Source: Macrostomum lignano (lineage: Eukaryota). Taken from it: a stretch of 64,000 nucleotides of DNA. The stretch is from contig NIVC01000264.1 in NCBI GenBank assembly GCA_002269645.1, positions 62,001-126,000 of the forward strand. The letters run 5' to 3'. The first letter of the stretch is position 1. The number at the start of each line of letters is the position of its first letter. The position numbers were made by a program, and so were the translations under genes. Below are positions 41,691 through 54,166 of this stretch, in pieces. Below the pieces are notes generated by a model. It did no database searches. It was not told the origin of the DNA and saw nothing but the letters and a program-made list of their open reading frames with translations.

Positions 41691-42942
41691 AAACACGAAC
41701 ACGAACAGTTTTTCCTACTCTTGCCGCTTCTGCCAGCTAAAAGAAAACTAGAAAGCAGGCTAGATGGAAGCGAACTGGGATTAGGGAACTCTGAGCCGGG
41801 AGAATTCGGACAGCAGGATAGCACACTGCTCGGGGGGGATAGACTTCCCAAGTTTCCAGGCACGGTTTGGCAGTCGCGGCGGATGTCTCAATCGAATCAG
41901 AAGACCTCGCTGCTCATAGGTTCGAAGTGAGTTTTGAGAGTCAATCAAATCTGTGGGTGTTATGCAACCTCGGGAGTTTTCTCCGGCTATATAGATGAGC
42001 CCCACGCCTGAGCGAGGATCCGCCACACAGATGGAGGCCGCTGACAAAGAGAAGAAGCTGTCTGATTTCAATCATCACTTTCTCTTCCTTGCCTGGCTGT
42101 TAATTTCCTTTTCATGGCCTGCAAAGTCCAGGTTTGCCTGGCAGGTGATTTACAATGGCATTGGCAGCCTCCCTCCTCTTAGCAACCGAGCGCTAATGTT
42201 AGGAACGGGATGCGGGATGAGTAGAATATAGGTATAAAAAATGGGAGATTCAGGCTCAATTCCGCTGCATCTGCCGGGAGCTGGGCGAAGAACTCAATGC
42301 TAGAAGTGGGAAAGGAAGTTTTTTTAAGCCTAGCGATGCCAGCATGAGAGAGTGGACTTGCAGTTTAAGAGAATTCTGTCGGGGGGAAGGGGAGAAGGGA
42401 AAATTATGCAGGTTTTCGGCACCCCATTGTTCTGTTGCTTTGAAGAGAAAAGTCAAATATTTTCCAAACGAGTAGCTTGGCTGAGAAATTTCGGACAGTG
42501 AAATTCAGCCGGGACTGAGTGCTGGGAGGGGGGGCTCTCGCTATGTGTGTTTTGCAATTTTTGTTTTTCTATAGCGCTGCTACACGTTGCATGATGCATG
42601 TTTGAGGATTTGCAACTAGGAGATGGAGAGAGGGAGAAAGACAGGGAGACTTAGCTAGGTGGGCTCTAGGTGGGGACGAATACGTACGCAGGCATTCTCT
42701 CAACCATGTAGGGGGTGTACAGCAGCCCTGACTTTCTCTATGTCTGACATGGTATACGCTCAGCATGGGCCGTTGGTTCTGTGCCTCCTTCAGCGCGTAT
42801 CGCACGAAAAAGAGGGGGAAGAGGGGAGGAGATGCGAGTAGAAGAGAGTATAGAAGAGAAGAGGAGAGGAGAGAAGAGGAGAGGAGAGGAGAAGAGATGA
42901 GAAAAGAAGAGAGAAGAGGAGATGAGAGGAGAGTGATTGAAT

Positions 42943-43600
42943 GTGAGATCTCACTACAAGCCAGAGATCTCACTACAAGCCAGAGATCTCACTACAAGCC
43001 AGAGATCTCACTACAAGCCAGAGATCTCACTACAAGCCAGAGATCTCACTACAAGCCAGAGATCTCACTACAACCCAGAGATCTCACTACAACCCAGAGA
43101 TCTCACTACAAGCCAGAGATCTCCCTACAACCCAGAGATCTCACTACAACCCAGAGATCTCACTACAACCCAGAGATCTCACTACAACCCAGGGATCTCA
43201 CTACAACCCAGAGATCTCACTATACAACCCAGAGATCTCACTACAACCCAGAGATCTCACTACAACCCAGAGATCTCACTACAACCCAGGGATCTCACTA
43301 CAACCCAGGGATCTCACTACAACCCAGAGATCTCACTACAACCAGAGATCTCACTACAACCCAGAGATCTCACTACAACCCAGAGATCTCACTACAACCC
43401 AGAGATCTCACTACAACCCAGAGATCTCACTACAACCCAGGGATCTCACTACAACCCAGAGATCTCACTACAACCCAGAGATCTCACTACAACCCAGAGA
43501 TCTCACTACAACCCAGGGATCTCACTACAACCCAGAGATCTCACTACAACCCAGAGATCTCACTACAACCCAGGGATCTCACTACAACCCGGAGATCTCA
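42943..43600. repeat. 19-bp minisatellite (ATCTCACTACAACCCAGAG)
   Basis: Directly visible. Confidence 0.96.
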
Positions 43601-43635
43601 GAGCACCTTCGCAAAGCGGCAGCATGCAGTCTCAC

Positions 43636-43968
43636 CTGGCGGCAGGTAGAAAGTGTCCCCCACAGTCTGACCATAGAACCCCTGGCCGAACAGCGAGCCG
43701 GACTCCGCATAGTGCGAGTTGCCGTTGCCGCTGCCGACCAGGGCGGAGTTCCGCGGGGTGCAGGGCGGCGGCTCCGACGGCGGCGGAGGGATCGGGAAGG
43801 CGACGCCCGAGTGCTGCGGGTGGGGCGGCGGCGGCAGCGGGTGCTTGGCGCCACGTTGGCCGGTTGAAGTGAACTGGAGGAGCTGCTGTTGCTGCTGCTG
43901 TTGCTGTGGGCTGTTGCTGTCGGCGCTGCCGCTGCCTGAAGCAGCGAGCTCTCTGTAGCCCAGGCCGC
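43636..43968 (-). CDS. TENM: Teneurin exon 2 (polyQ and polyproline intracellular segment)
   Basis: ttccag|GC GGC CTG...FYLPP G|GTGAGA; 333 nt, phase 1 to 1. Encodes PLPPPPHP and PIPPPPSEPPP, proline-rich stretches as in teneurin intracellular domains. Confidence 0.75.
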
Positions 43969-43995
43969 CTGGAATGGACGGGAGAGTTACATATA

Positions 43996-44270
43996 CAGTC
44001 AGTCAGTCAGTCAGTCAGTCAGTCAGTCAGTCAGTCAGTCAGTCAGTCAGTCAGTCAGTCAGTCAGTCAGTCAGTCAGTCAGTCAGTCAGTCAGTCAGTC
44101 AGTCAGTCAGTCAGTCAGTCAGTCAGTCAGTCAGTCAGTCAGTCAGTCAGTCAGTCAGTCAGTCAGTCAGTCAGTCAGTCAGTCAGTCAGTCAGTCAGTC
44201 AGTCAGTCAGTCAGTCAGTCAGTCAGTCAGTCAGTCAGTCAGTCAGTCAGTCAGTCAGCCAGCCAGCCAG
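43996..44270. repeat. (AGTC)n microsatellite
   Basis: Directly visible. Confidence 0.99.
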
Positions 44271-45939
44271 TCAGACTATTCGAGAGACTGTCGCAGATTT
44301 TAGCAATAGGAAAATAGGAAACCCGGCGCCCAAATCCTGTTGCACAGGGGTTGTAAATTGTCGGTTTGCGTGACAGCATGTGACGCGGATGGGAGGGTGG
44401 CCAGTGAAGGATCTGGAAGCCCGGACGGAGCTGATTATAAAAATCGAAATTTCTAACAGGCCTCGCTAATAACCCCCCCCCAGCCTGTCACAGTCACGCA
44501 AGCGAGCTGGTGGGTGTTGAGTAATTATCTCAACTTTGCGCAGCGGGGTGCCCGTTTTTCAACAGCTTATCACTTCTCAGAGGGGCTTAAACTGCTGCGA
44601 GAACACTATTCTGTAAACTATCGGTGCAATTATCAGTCATTAATCATTGTGCATGTTTTTAGTCTCAAATCTGTTCCGATGACTAATCATCTGTTTGTGA
44701 ATTTGCAGTGGCTACCGCATCGGCTGCTCTGATAGAGTCTACTCAATTCTCACTTTCACTCTCACTGTCCCAATAGTACAGTCGATGCCAAGGGGGGTTC
44801 ATCTTCTATGCAATCAATGCGGAGAGGGGCAGTCGGCAGTTCTGTTTGATATCCGGCATCGTAGGTTTGAGGGCAGATCAAAGGATGCGCTCCCAATACG
44901 TGGAGTATTGATGAAGCTGTACCTGTACTGCACAGTGAAGAGTCAGCCAAGTGTGAAACGGGTTCCGCTGGCTAGCGAGCATAATATATATTCACAGGTA
45001 ACATCACTGGCTAAGTGAGACGACAAACCCTTCTGTTCGCCTTGAGGCTAACGTACAAAAAAGTTAAGGCACTTTAGAACCCAGCACCTCTGTATTTCTG
45101 CTGTCTTTCATATTTTTTACTGCGGTACAAGAAGTTGATGTTCTTGGGCGGGCTCGTCCCATCCGACACCAGGTATTAATAGAAAAATAACAACCCAGGT
45201 GTCACGCGCATAGCCATATCGAGGCGGTCGTTTCTGTTCTGCTTTATTTCAAAAAAAAATTTTCTTCTCCTAGAAGAAGAAGTTTGCCAGATGCTTTTTT
45301 GGCACATGCTTTCGGAGAGATAAGTAAATGACCAGAAGACTCTCGGTGTTTTTTTCCTAAATCTACCTTTCTGTAATTTACTTTGAAGCTTCTTCTTATC
45401 TTTAATAGCTTCTCCTAAGCCCCAGCCTTATCAGCGGCTCAGAATCTCTTTGCCTTCGATTCCAAGTGTCACGTTTCTCCATCATCTTTTAGAACCGTTA
45501 GTCGTGAAGAACTCAACCAAAAAAGACAACTGTGATCATCTCCTTCTGATATACGAGTTCATTGACAAATAAAACTTCAAGTTTATCCCAATTTCTGGGA
45601 AATTGGGAAAGAATAAAAAATATATTTCAGTCAAAATGGGAAGCAGGGAGATTTTAATCTAGGCCCATTAGGTAATTTCGTGGTTCCGTAGTTAAGGCCC
45701 ACATCATTGCTAACCTGCCCGGCTTTATTCCATATGACTGCCGTCCATCATCAGCCTTCGGGCATGGCTGGGCTCTGTATTTATCTGACACTAAAATCTC
45801 TTTGATCTATCTTTTTAACTAACTGACTGATTTTAAAGTCAGTTTTAAATGGCTGCGCACTTCCATAGATGATTCACGCGATGGGTTTCTGTTAATGGGT
45901 CTCTTCTAATGCTCAGGTCAGGTTGCTTGTGCTGCAGGC

Positions 45940-47410
45940 GGTCCTTCTGAGTTCCGGTTGAACAATCTACCTGAGTTCCGGTAAAACAATCTACCTGAGG
46001 TTCCGGGTAAAACAATCTACCTGAGGTTCCGGTAAAACAATCTACCTGAGTTCCGGTAAAACAATCTACCTGAGGTTCCGGGTAAAACAATCTACCTGAG
46101 GTTCCGGGTAAAACAATCTACCTGAGGTTCCGGGTAAAACAATCTACCTGAGGTTCCGGTAAAACAATCTACCTGAGTTCCGGTAAAACAATCTACCTGA
46201 GGTTCCGGTAAAACAATCTACCTGATTTCCCGGTACAACAACCAACCTGGGGTTCCGGTAAAACAATCTACCTGAGTTCCGGTAAAACAATCTACCTGAG
46301 TTCCGGTAAAACAATCTACCCGAGTTCCCTGTGAAACAATCTACCCGAGGTTCCGGTAAAACAATCTACCTGAGTTCCCTGTGAAACAATCTACCCGAGG
46401 TTCCGGTAAAACAATCTACCTGAGTTCCGGTAAAACAATCTACCTGAGTTTCCTGTAAAACAATCTACCTGAGGTTCCGGTAAAACAATCTACCTGAGTT
46501 TCCTGTAAAACAATCTACCTGAGGTTCCGGTAAAACAATATACCTGAGTTTCCTGTAAAACAATCTACCTGATTTCCCGGTACAACAACCAACCTGGGGT
46601 TCCGGTAAAACAATCTACCTGAATTCCGGTAAAACAATCTACCTGAATTCCGGTAAAACAATCTACCTGAGTTCCGGTAAAACAATCTACCTGATTTCCC
46701 GGTACAACAACCAACCTGGGGTTCCGGTAAAACAATCTACCTGATTTCCCGGTACAACAACCAACCTGGGGTTCCGGTAAAACAATCTACCTGAGTTCCG
46801 GAAAAACAATCTACCTGACTTCCGGTAAAACAATCTACCTGAGTTCCGGTAAAACAATCTACCTGAGGTTCCGGTAAAACAATCTACCTGAGTTTCCTGT
46901 AAAACAATCTACCTGAGGTTCCGGTAAAACAATCTACCTGAGTTTCCTGTAAAACAATCTACCTGATTTCCCGGTACAACAACCAACCTGGGGTTCCGGT
47001 AAAACAATCTACCTGAATTCCGGTAAAACAATCTACCTGATTTCCCGGTACAACAACCAACCTGGGGTTCCGGTAAAACAATCTACCTGACTTCCGGTAA
47101 AACAATCTACCTGAGTTCCGGTAAAACAATCTACCTGAGGTTCCGGTAAAACAATCTACCTGAGGTTCCGGTAAAACAATCTACCTGAGTTTCCTGTAAA
47201 ACAATCTACCTGATTTCCAGGTACAACAACCAACCTGGGGTTCCGGTAAAACAATCTACCTGAGTTCCCTGTGAAACAATCTACCTGAGTTCCCTGTGAA
47301 ACAATCTACCTGAGTTCCCTGTGAAACAATCTACCTGAGTTCCCTGTGAAACAATCTACCTGAGTTCCCTGTGAAACAATCTACCTGAGTTCCCTGTGAA
47401 ACAATCTACT
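45940..47410. repeat. 24-26-bp minisatellite (AAAACAATCTACCTGAGTTCCGGT) with variant units
   Basis: Directly visible. Confidence 0.96.
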
Positions 47411-48734
47411 TGAGCTGCAGTGGAATATTTTACCGGAGAAAAACCTTCGGAGGAAAATCCGCGAAACTCAGAAATCGAAGTTCTGCCTCTGATTCTGAGA
47501 ACAGAACAGCAAAGTATCTGAGACAGTTACTGCTCCAGACACTCTCTGAGTCACCGCACAGCTCAATAGCCTACAGGCGACATGCAGTTGCAAAATTTAA
47601 AAATAGGATTTTCGCCTCCAGGTCTCAAGTCTCCCCAAATCAAACTTCCCTTCCCGATCTCTTCCCGAGGTTTTGCTGCTCCCGGGCGTCAGTCTGCCTT
47701 CCTCCTCTTCCGCCTCTGAGGCCTTATAAGCCGGTTCAGAAGCTGTTGGTCCTTTGGATAAATTATAACACCATGAACAGACCGGACAGGCTGGGCTGGG
47801 GTTGGGGTTGGGGGGGGGGCTCTGCAAGACACCCACAATTTCCTCTTAGAACTTGCATAACAGCAGTCTTTGCTCTCTTTGTCCTCACTGTTCCTCCCCA
47901 TAAAAGCAGCGTGTTGATTCCTCCAATAAGGGGCCTTCACTCGGGCATTTGAGCCTGCAGCCAGACCATGCATGCGTACATAAGCAATTGCTGGTGTCAT
48001 ATATTATAGACCTATAGATATAATATATAGTTGTATAGTTGAAGCGCGTCACATTTTGTGGAAGGTTGGGGGTGCATTGGGAATTCTGTCTTCAATAGGG
48101 GACCGGCACACGTCAACCCAACCCCTCATGGGGAGTTTTATGGCTCATAGATATATAGTCGGTCTCTGTAGCAGCTGACTGTACACGGGTGTCTGCGTAC
48201 ACATCGGCAGCCTTATGCAGAGAGAGAGAAGTAGAGAAGGGAAGGGGAGAAATGACAAAGACTGGCTTGGGCTGTTTGACCCTGATAAATCCCATTGAAT
48301 TGCGCTCAGGCTTACCAGCGGGGGACTCAAACTCGCAGTTCACGAGGTTCATGCATTATAAATGCAGGGCAGAGGCAAGTGGCAAAAAAGTATAGCTGGA
48401 ACTCATGAGACTTAAAAAACTCCATTTCTCACAATGCATGACAAAAGCAGCGAAGTAGCTGTTATATAGAGCTATTTTTTATAGCAAAGCTGAGCCTCCA
48501 TTCAGAGAGAAGTCTTTGTTCTCAAATTCCACAAAGACGGGCAGGCAGACGTAAGCAGTCAGCCTATTGTCTGACTTACTCAAATAAACCAACTCATTTT
48601 TGCTACTGTTTTCAAAGGCCACCACGTTCTATTCACCGTTGCTATTAATTTTTTTCGAGTCTGGAAAGTTGGTCGTAGTCGTATGGGATTTGGGGATTTC
48701 GCTAATTGTCTTCATCAAATGATCAGCAGATTTA

Positions 48735-49650
48735 AGCCAGGTGACAGACATAGACAGCATGACAGGCAGACTTGAGCCAGGTGACAGACATAGACAGCAT
48801 GACAGGCAGACTTGAGCAAGGCGACAGACATAGACAGCATGACAGGCAGACTTGAGCAAGGCGACAGACATAGACAGCATGACAGGCAGACTTGAGCAAG
48901 GCGACAGACATAGACAGCATGACAGGCAGACTTGAGCAAGGCGACAGACATAGACAGCATGACAGGCAGACTTGAGCAAGGCGACAGACATAGACAGCAT
49001 GACAGGCAGACTTGAGTCAGGTGACAGACATAGACAGCATGACAGGCAGACTTGAGCAAGGCGACAGACATAGACAGCATGACAGGCAGACTTGAGTCAG
49101 GTGACAGACATAGACAGCATGACAGGCAGACTTGAGCAAGGCGACAGACATAGACAGCATGACAGGCAGACTTGAGTCAGGTGACAGACATAGACAGCAT
49201 GACAGGCAGACTTGAGTCAGGTGACAGACATAGACAGCATGACAGGCAGACTTGAGTCAGGTGACAGACATAGACAGCATGACAGGCAGACTTGAGTCAG
49301 GTGACAGACATAGACAGCACGACAGGCAGACTTGAGTCAGGTGACAGACATAGACAGCATGACAGGCAGACTTGAGTCAGGTGACAGACATAGACAGCAT
49401 GACAGGCAGACTTGAGTCAGGTGACAGACATAGACAGCATGACAGGCAGACTTGAGTCAGGTGACAGACATAGACAGCATGACAGGCAGACTTGAGTCAG
49501 GTGACAGACATAGACAGCACGACAGGCAGACTTGAGTCAGGTGACAGACATAGACAGCATGACAGGCAGACTTGAGTCAGGTGACAGACATAGACAGCAT
49601 GACAGGCAGACTTGAGCCAGGTGACAGACATAGACAGCACGACAGGCAGA
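48735..49650. repeat. 40-bp minisatellite (GACAGGCAGACTTGAGTCAGGTGACAGACATAGACAGCAT)
   Basis: Period 40; starts about 35 nt into teneurin intron 1. Confidence 0.98.
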
Positions 49651-49684
49651 TTAGCTCACACTCAGACTCAGTGTGCGCACTCAC

Positions 49685-50177
49685 CTGCTGGGCTGCCTCG
49701 CTGCTTCATGGACAAGTTACCGCTCTCAACTCCGCTGTCAAGCGTCAGCTGTTGCTGCACGCCGATGCCCCCGCCAGCTGCCGCTGTCACCGGCGGCGGT
49801 GCCGCATACAGCCGGCCGACGCTCATGGGGACGCCGCGATCGCGGACTGCGGCACCGACAGCGGCGGTGGAGCTGTTGGACTCGGGCAGCATGAACGGAC
49901 GCCGCTCCGGGCAGTCTCCTTCTTCTTCGGAGTCCTCATCGTCGTCAGCTTCGGCAATGTTGCCTGCACCATCGGCAATCAGCGAGGAGGGACGTCTACG
50001 ACGCTCAACGTCCGAGTCGGGGTGTTGGAACTGCCGGAACTGCGGCTGCTGCTGTTGCTGCTGTTGCTGCTGGTGATAATGCTGGATTGGTAGCGTCCCA
50101 AAGCCTCCTGGATGACGGTATTGCAGCTGCTGCTGCTGCTGCTGCAATTGCTTCAGTCGCACCTTGTCTGTAGTCAT
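49685..50177 (-). CDS. TENM: Teneurin coding exon 1 (Gln-rich intracellular N-terminus)
   Basis: ATG at 50177, open frame MTTDKVRLKQ...GSPA, ends G|GTGAGT (phase 1; 493 nt). Phase fits the next exon. Assigned to teneurin by phase-consistent chaining to the TM exon, not by homology. Confidence 0.7.
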
Positions 50178-50896
50178 TTCCGAGTCTCTCTGTTGAAGTT
50201 GCTTCGCCTAGATTGCATAGGCTATCGCATTTTCCTCCTTGCAAGATGGTACAATTTTTATGTTTCTCTTCACTATAAAATTGGAATTTGCCTTCCCCAG
50301 CAAAGCTCAGTTCTGCTCCTGATAGTCAGTGGCGGGGGGGAGGGTAGAAATACAATGTTCAGTTGAGTTGAGCAGCTCGCGGGGGAGTCGCGGCACGCAG
50401 GCAGGCGCTTATCTGTTGCAACTTCCAATTCGGATTGCAGTTTTTCCTGTCCGGAGAGCAGCTGCAGACCCGTTATGTGTTATTGTAGCCTCGGGACCGA
50501 GGGGCAGTGCGTTCGGTTTGTGCGGCTTCACTGGAAGCGGTCTCTGCGGCCTCCTTCCCTTCCTTATCGGGCGCGTGGAGGGGAAGTCTCCGACCATTTT
50601 TATAACCTCGCGCCAGCCCCAATAATAAAAGCGGGGGCCTGTGTGTGGACCGAAGGCACCGTCTGCCTCATCTCATTGGCTGTGTTCGTCTCAGTCAGGA
50701 GTGTGGAAGCCAAAGGGAAACGAAGCGTTTATTGGACAGGAGAGAATTGCAGCCTAACCCTGGGGGACCAACTGGGTATTGTTTCCAGTTAATTTGGCTG
50801 CACGTGGGCTTTTTCGTGAAGCGCTACTTTAAGTAGCGTTTATATAAACTTTTTATATCATCGCTGTTAAAACTTTCTTCAGAGAATGCTTTACAC

Positions 50897-51189
50897 CAGG
50901 GGTAGGCAAATTTTTTACCTCAAGGGCGAGATGGAGAGTCTAGCGCATGACCATGGACTACAGGCCAGAGGAGGGGAGAGCGGAGATGGAATAGGGAAGA
51001 GAGGAGAGGAGAGGAGAGGGAGAAAAGGGAGAGGAGAGAGAAGGGAGAGGAGAGAATGGAGAGGAGATTAGAGAGAAGAGGGCGAGAAGAGACGCAAACC
51101 TTCGTTGTGAGTGTCAAAAAACCTGAGGGCCGGATAGAGCGGCTTGGCAGGCCGCATGTGGGCCGCGGGACTGAGTTTGCCGACCCCTG
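50897..51189. mobile_element. hAT (Charlie-type) MITE
   Basis: TIRs CAGGGGTAGGCAAA and TTTGCCGACCCCTG (13/14 match), with GGGCCGGAT/GGCCGC subterminal motifs. The TSD is only degenerate (CTTTACAC vs CTCTCACA). Confidence 0.75.
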
Positions 51190-51955
51190 CTCTCACACAT
51201 ACTGCACGATCCTGCATAAAATTGCCTGTGCTCTAATCTGTCCCCATCTGTCCCCTTTTTTTCTGTCAGTGTACACTAAAAGCGCAAGAAACTGATATTT
51301 AAAAATAAATTTTCGTAATTCTTCGACGTGCCAATTATTTTTAATATACAAATTCATATACCAGTCTGAAAGCACAAGAAAATAAGCAGTTAGAATAAGT
51401 TGGATTTTCTTGCAAACCACCGAATGCAAATAAATCTTAGTCGATTAGCAGTTTATATCAATTAAAAAGGTTTCAATACTTCATGTAGATTATTGGATTC
51501 GTCGAATCAAAACAAAAATACAGCATGTCAGTATTGAGCTATTAACTCAAGTTTAGAAAATATCAATTTGCAAATTTGCAAACATGCAGAACAGGCGGAG
51601 TCGGGCTTCTTACAATCCGAATCATTCGATCAGATTTGCAAAGTAAAAAAATAAATTATCGTGAAGAGGTTAAGTGTTCTTTTTTATTGACTGATAAAAC
51701 CTATTTAAAACCTGATAAATCTATCGAATGATAAGTCTGAATATTGCTCCATTTGCCTCCTAAATACCCATAAAGTTTCCGACTTTTGTTAAAAAGAAGG
51801 GCCAAATTTCAAACTACAGGAAATACGAAATGTGAACCGTTTAGTGCGCGCGGTTTCCAGGGTAAATAGTAGTAGTCCATTTTTTCACTTTTTTCGGACA
51901 AATTTTCTGCAAATAGTATTCTGTAACTCCTATTTCCCCTCAAAAGTATCGAGAA

Positions 51956-54166
51956 ATGGGTTGGAAGTTAAAGAAACGGGATGATGTAGAGCCACTTCTT
52001 CCTTTAAAGCGCTGTTTCTGCTTCGACAATCGAATGGGAACTTTCGTAGGCAGCGTCATCATAATAGTGAGTTGGCTTAAAATTTTCAGTTTAATTACAG
52101 CGTATTTAAATATATTATTAAATATAGCGAAAATATGCTTAAAATAAAATTTTACAAAGAATCAATAGCAATAAACTTCATAAAAATATTTAAACAAAAT
52201 AAACAAATATAAATTAGACTCAAAGGTTTATTACAAGTTATTACAAGTATATCAATATTATATCTATATGATTTTCATAAAAAATATTTGCTTTTTTGTA
52301 AAAGTCATTTTCAAAAGCAAGTGTGACATGGCATTTTTATATATTTGGTAGTTTAACTTCAATGTAAATCCCAACTATTTATACGAGTAATGTATATATT
52401 TAAGCATTACTAAAATATTTCTAACTATTAAAAATCATATAAATGAAATACATACTTTTATTTTCAAAAAAACTATTTATACTGCAAATTACATAGTTTT
52501 TTATCCACAAAAATATGAAACAACAAAGTAAAAATTGCATAAATACTTCTTCATACAGATCTTCACATTTGTGGAGCTGATCACAGTAATCCTAGACTGG
52601 TTCACATATGATGAGTCGCGCGACTTTAACATCATGGGCGCATTTCGTTCATTCTGGAAGAGAATATTCTGGAAAGGCTTTGTCATTTGTGATGGTGTAA
52701 TGACCCTGGCCCACATTGTGCTGCTAGCAATTGCCATCTTCACTGTGGTGGCCATCCTTAGACCAGCCAAGTTTGTAAGTCAGGATTGTAGCATTGATTT
52801 ATGTTTTACTCTTGAACATGGATAACACATCACAATGGCTGCCATTGCAGAAAATCTATACTCTGAGGCCGATTTTGAAAGCCTACTACATATTGCTGAC
52901 CCTTCATATCCTCATTGAGCTGGGGGTCAGCTGCTACATCTACTCATGGTATGGTCTGGCTGGCTGGGTGAGTGCTAGCTTAGCTAACTTGGCTTGCATC
53001 ATGTGCCTGCGGAGTTGATACCTTCTCATCCCCTTCCCATCTCCCCTTTCCCATCTCCCCTTTCCCATCTCCCCTTTCCATCTCCCCTTCCCCATCTCCC
53101 CTCATCTCCCCTTCCCCATCTCCCCTTTCCCATCTCCCCTTCCCCATCTCCCCTCATCTCCCCTTCCCCATCTCCCCTTTCCCATCTTCCCTTCCCCATA
53201 GCTTTCCCATCTCCCCTTCCCCATCTCCCCTTCCCCATCTCCCCTTCCCCATCTCCCCTTCCCCATCTCCCCTTTCCCATCTCCCCTTCCCCATCTCCCC
53301 TTCCCCATCTCCCTTTCCCTATCTCCCCTTTCCCATCTCCCCCATCTCCCCTTCCCCATCTCCCCTTCCCCATCTCCCCTTTCCCATCTCCTCTTCCCCA
53401 TCTCCCCTTTCCCATCTCCCCTTCCCCATCTTCCCTTCCTCGTCTCTCCTTCCCCATCTCCCCTTTCTCGTCTTCCCTTCCCCATCTCCCCTTCCCCATC
53501 TCCCCTTCCCCATCTCCCCTTCCCCAATCTCCCCTTCCCCATCTTCCCTTCCCCGTTTCCCTTTCCCATCTTCCCTTCCCCATCTCTCCTTTCCCGTCTC
53601 CCTTCCCCATCTTCCCTTCCTCATCTCCCTTTCCCCGTCTCCCCTTCCCTGTCTTCTCTTTCCCATCTCCCCTCCAAATCTTCCCTTCCCCATCTCCCCT
53701 TCCCCATCTTTCTTTCCCCGTCTTCTCTTTCCCATCTTCCTTCCAAATCTCCCCTTCCCCATTCTCCTTCCAAACCCCCCTTCGCATATCCCGGTCCCAG
53801 CTTCCCCATCACCCCTTCCCCATCTCCCCAACTGCCTCTGCTCCACAATCCCCAGCCACAATTTATTCTATCCCACCGCAGCGCCTGCCATTCCTGGTGT
53901 GGAAGAACATGTTCTACTTGATCCGCTTTCTCACAAACGTGGGGTTCTGCATAGTGATCTACTCCTACTGCCGTGAGATCTCGGACGAGCTCAGCCAGGG
54001 CCCAATTGACGACACAGATTTTGGCACCTCAACCGACAAGCTGCAGGAGAACCCGTCGGATCTGCCTATGCCAGACAATCCCTACTATACCAACGGCTTC
54101 AATAGCGGCTTCCACGATGCTCGAAACCCCCACGATGAGGGTGCCGGGGTCTATGCCAATGCCTGA
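51956..54166 (+). CDS. Four-transmembrane protein, 242 aa (LAPTM/DUF4728-like topology). Exons 51956-52066, 52559-52774, 52851-52967, 53882-54166.
   Basis: All three introns are GT-AG and phase 0 (GTGAGT, GTAAGT, GTGAGT donors); exon lengths 111/216/117/285. N-terminal C-F-C before TM1, four hydrophobic segments, acidic tail, AATAAA at 54191. Family assignment is tentative. Confidence 0.82.
53030..53830. repeat. 14-bp polypyrimidine minisatellite (CCATCTCCCCTTCC)
   Basis: Fills intron 3 of the four-TM gene. Confidence 0.93.
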
